From: Pseudomonadota bacterium
Lineage (GTDB): Bacteria; Pseudomonadota; Gammaproteobacteria; Steroidobacterales; Woeseiaceae
Length of the DNA: 64,000 nt
Assembly (NCBI GenBank): GCA_022563255.1
Contig: JADFNS010000009.1
Location: forward strand, 7,295-71,294
Direction of reading: 5' to 3'
A program made the position numbers and the translations under genes. Below the pieces are notes generated by a model. It was not told the DNA's origin. It did no database searches and was given only the letters and a program-made list of their open reading frames with translations. Shown piece after piece: positions 63,268 through 64,000 of the stretch; positions within the stretch are counted from its first letter, which is position 1, and every line of letters starts with the position of its first letter.

Positions 63268-63855
63268 GTGAAACTGTTTGCTCCCATGTACGAACAGGTC
63301 ATGCGCTGGTCCCGGCACCGTCATGCGGAGCGCTATCTGAGCGCGATGAGTTTTGCCGAATCGTCGTTTTTTCCGATTCCGGTCGACGTCATGCTGGTGC
63401 CGATGTGCCTGGCGGCTCGGGAACGCTGGGTCCGTTTTGCGAGTATTGCGACCGGCTTCTCCGTACTCGGTGGTCTGGCCGGTTACGCGTTAGGTTACGC
63501 GTTGTTCGATGTCATCGAACCGTGGCTCAGGGAGTCACGTTACTGGGGTGCGTACGTCACCAGTCGTGACTGGTTTGATGGCTACGGTGTCTGGGTTGTC
63601 CTGGTGGCCGGTTTTTCGCCGATTCCGTACAAGGTCTTTACGATCGCAGCGGGTGTGGCGGCTTTGAGCCTGCCGGGTTTTCTGATCGCATCTCTGCTCG
63701 GTCGTGCAGGTCGTTTTTTCCTGGTTGCCGGGCTGGTCAAAGCCGGCGGACAGCGCTTCGAGGACGGTTTGGCCCGGAACATTGAGCGCGTAGGCTGGGC
63801 TGTTGTCCTGGTTGCCGCGCTGGTGATCGTTTGGTTGATGATGCGCGGGCAATGA
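63268..63855 (+). CDS. YqaA/DedA-type (SNARE-associated) membrane protein
   Basis: 195 aa, multi-TM, with FAESSFFPIPVDVMLVPM. Confidence 0.65.
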   Translation: MKLFAPMYEQVMRWSRHRHAERYLSAMSFAESSFFPIPVDVMLVPMCLAARERWVRFASIATGFSVLGGLAGYALGYALFDVIEPWLRESRYWGAYVTSRDWFDGYGVWVVLVAGFSPIPYKVFTIAAGVAALSLPGFLIASLLGRAGRFFLVAGLVKAGGQRFEDGLARNIERVGWAVVLVAALVIVWLMMRGQ

Positions 63856-64000
63856 CGCCGCGTTTCCTCATACTGCTGCCGCTGATGCTCCTGCTGGCAT
63901 CGTGCGGCGGTCACTCGTCCTGGCGAGACGATCCGGACACGCACATCGTGCGCAGGGGAGAGACGCTGTTTTCCATCGCCTGGCGTTACAACAAGAGCGC
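63852..64000 (+). CDS. nlpD: LysM lipoprotein NlpD-like, 5' part. The 3' end lies outside the window.
   Basis: Own translation: MTPRFLILLPLMLLLASCGG (lipobox), then HIVRRGETLFSIAWRYNKS (start of LysM). Located after pcm, as in other gammaproteobacteria. Confidence 0.75.
   Translation, partial: MTPRFLILLPLMLLLASCGGHSSWRDDPDTHIVRRGETLFSIAWRYNKS

Overview
About 58% GC, densely coded chromosomal segment with gammaproteobacterial housekeeping synteny: map-glnD-yffB-dapE on the minus strand, then rpsB-tsf-pyrH-frr-uppS-cdsA-rseP-bamA-skp-lpxD-lpxA-lpxB-rnhB-dnaE-accA-tilS-pyrG-kdsA-eno-ftsB-truD ... surE-pcm-yqaA-nlpD on the plus strand. I recognised no rRNA, tRNA, CRISPR array, transposase or integrase. 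The first 30 kb are more accessory: a GGDEF sensor, an aldehyde dehydrogenase, a fused fatty-acid oxidation enzyme, GTP-type PEPCK and a class III cyclase-FHA fusion. The main candidate system is a four-gene operon at 16.3-25.1 kb. It encodes three secreted DUF11-repeat proteins and a 1,930-aa protein that combines DUF11 domains, an OmpA-like domain and a beta-barrel-like C-terminus. The terminal DUF11 domain of each small protein stops just before the last strand segment seen in intact domains. A matching segment sits at the mature N-terminus of two of the small proteins and of the giant. This pattern suggests a head-to-tail, donor-strand-complemented fibre, with no recognisable chaperone or usher gene present. 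Two perfect TGTGA-N6-TCACA (CRP-type) sites lie in the divergent promoter region this operon shares with pckG. Other observations: a 111-bp duplication of the dusA 5' end brackets a 2.2-kb integrase-less islet carrying a sulfotransferase-like and class IV aminotransferase pair. Ribosomal protein S2 has a roughly 130-aa Lys/Ala/Glu-rich tail built from 24-bp tandem repeats. dxr, ispD/ispF and fabZ are each absent from their usual syntenic slots. A low-GC sulfatase insertion splits the truD-surE linkage. Three convergent gene pairs share 4-nt palindromic stop-stop overlaps. All functional calls rest on reading the translated motifs by eye, since no searches could be run.
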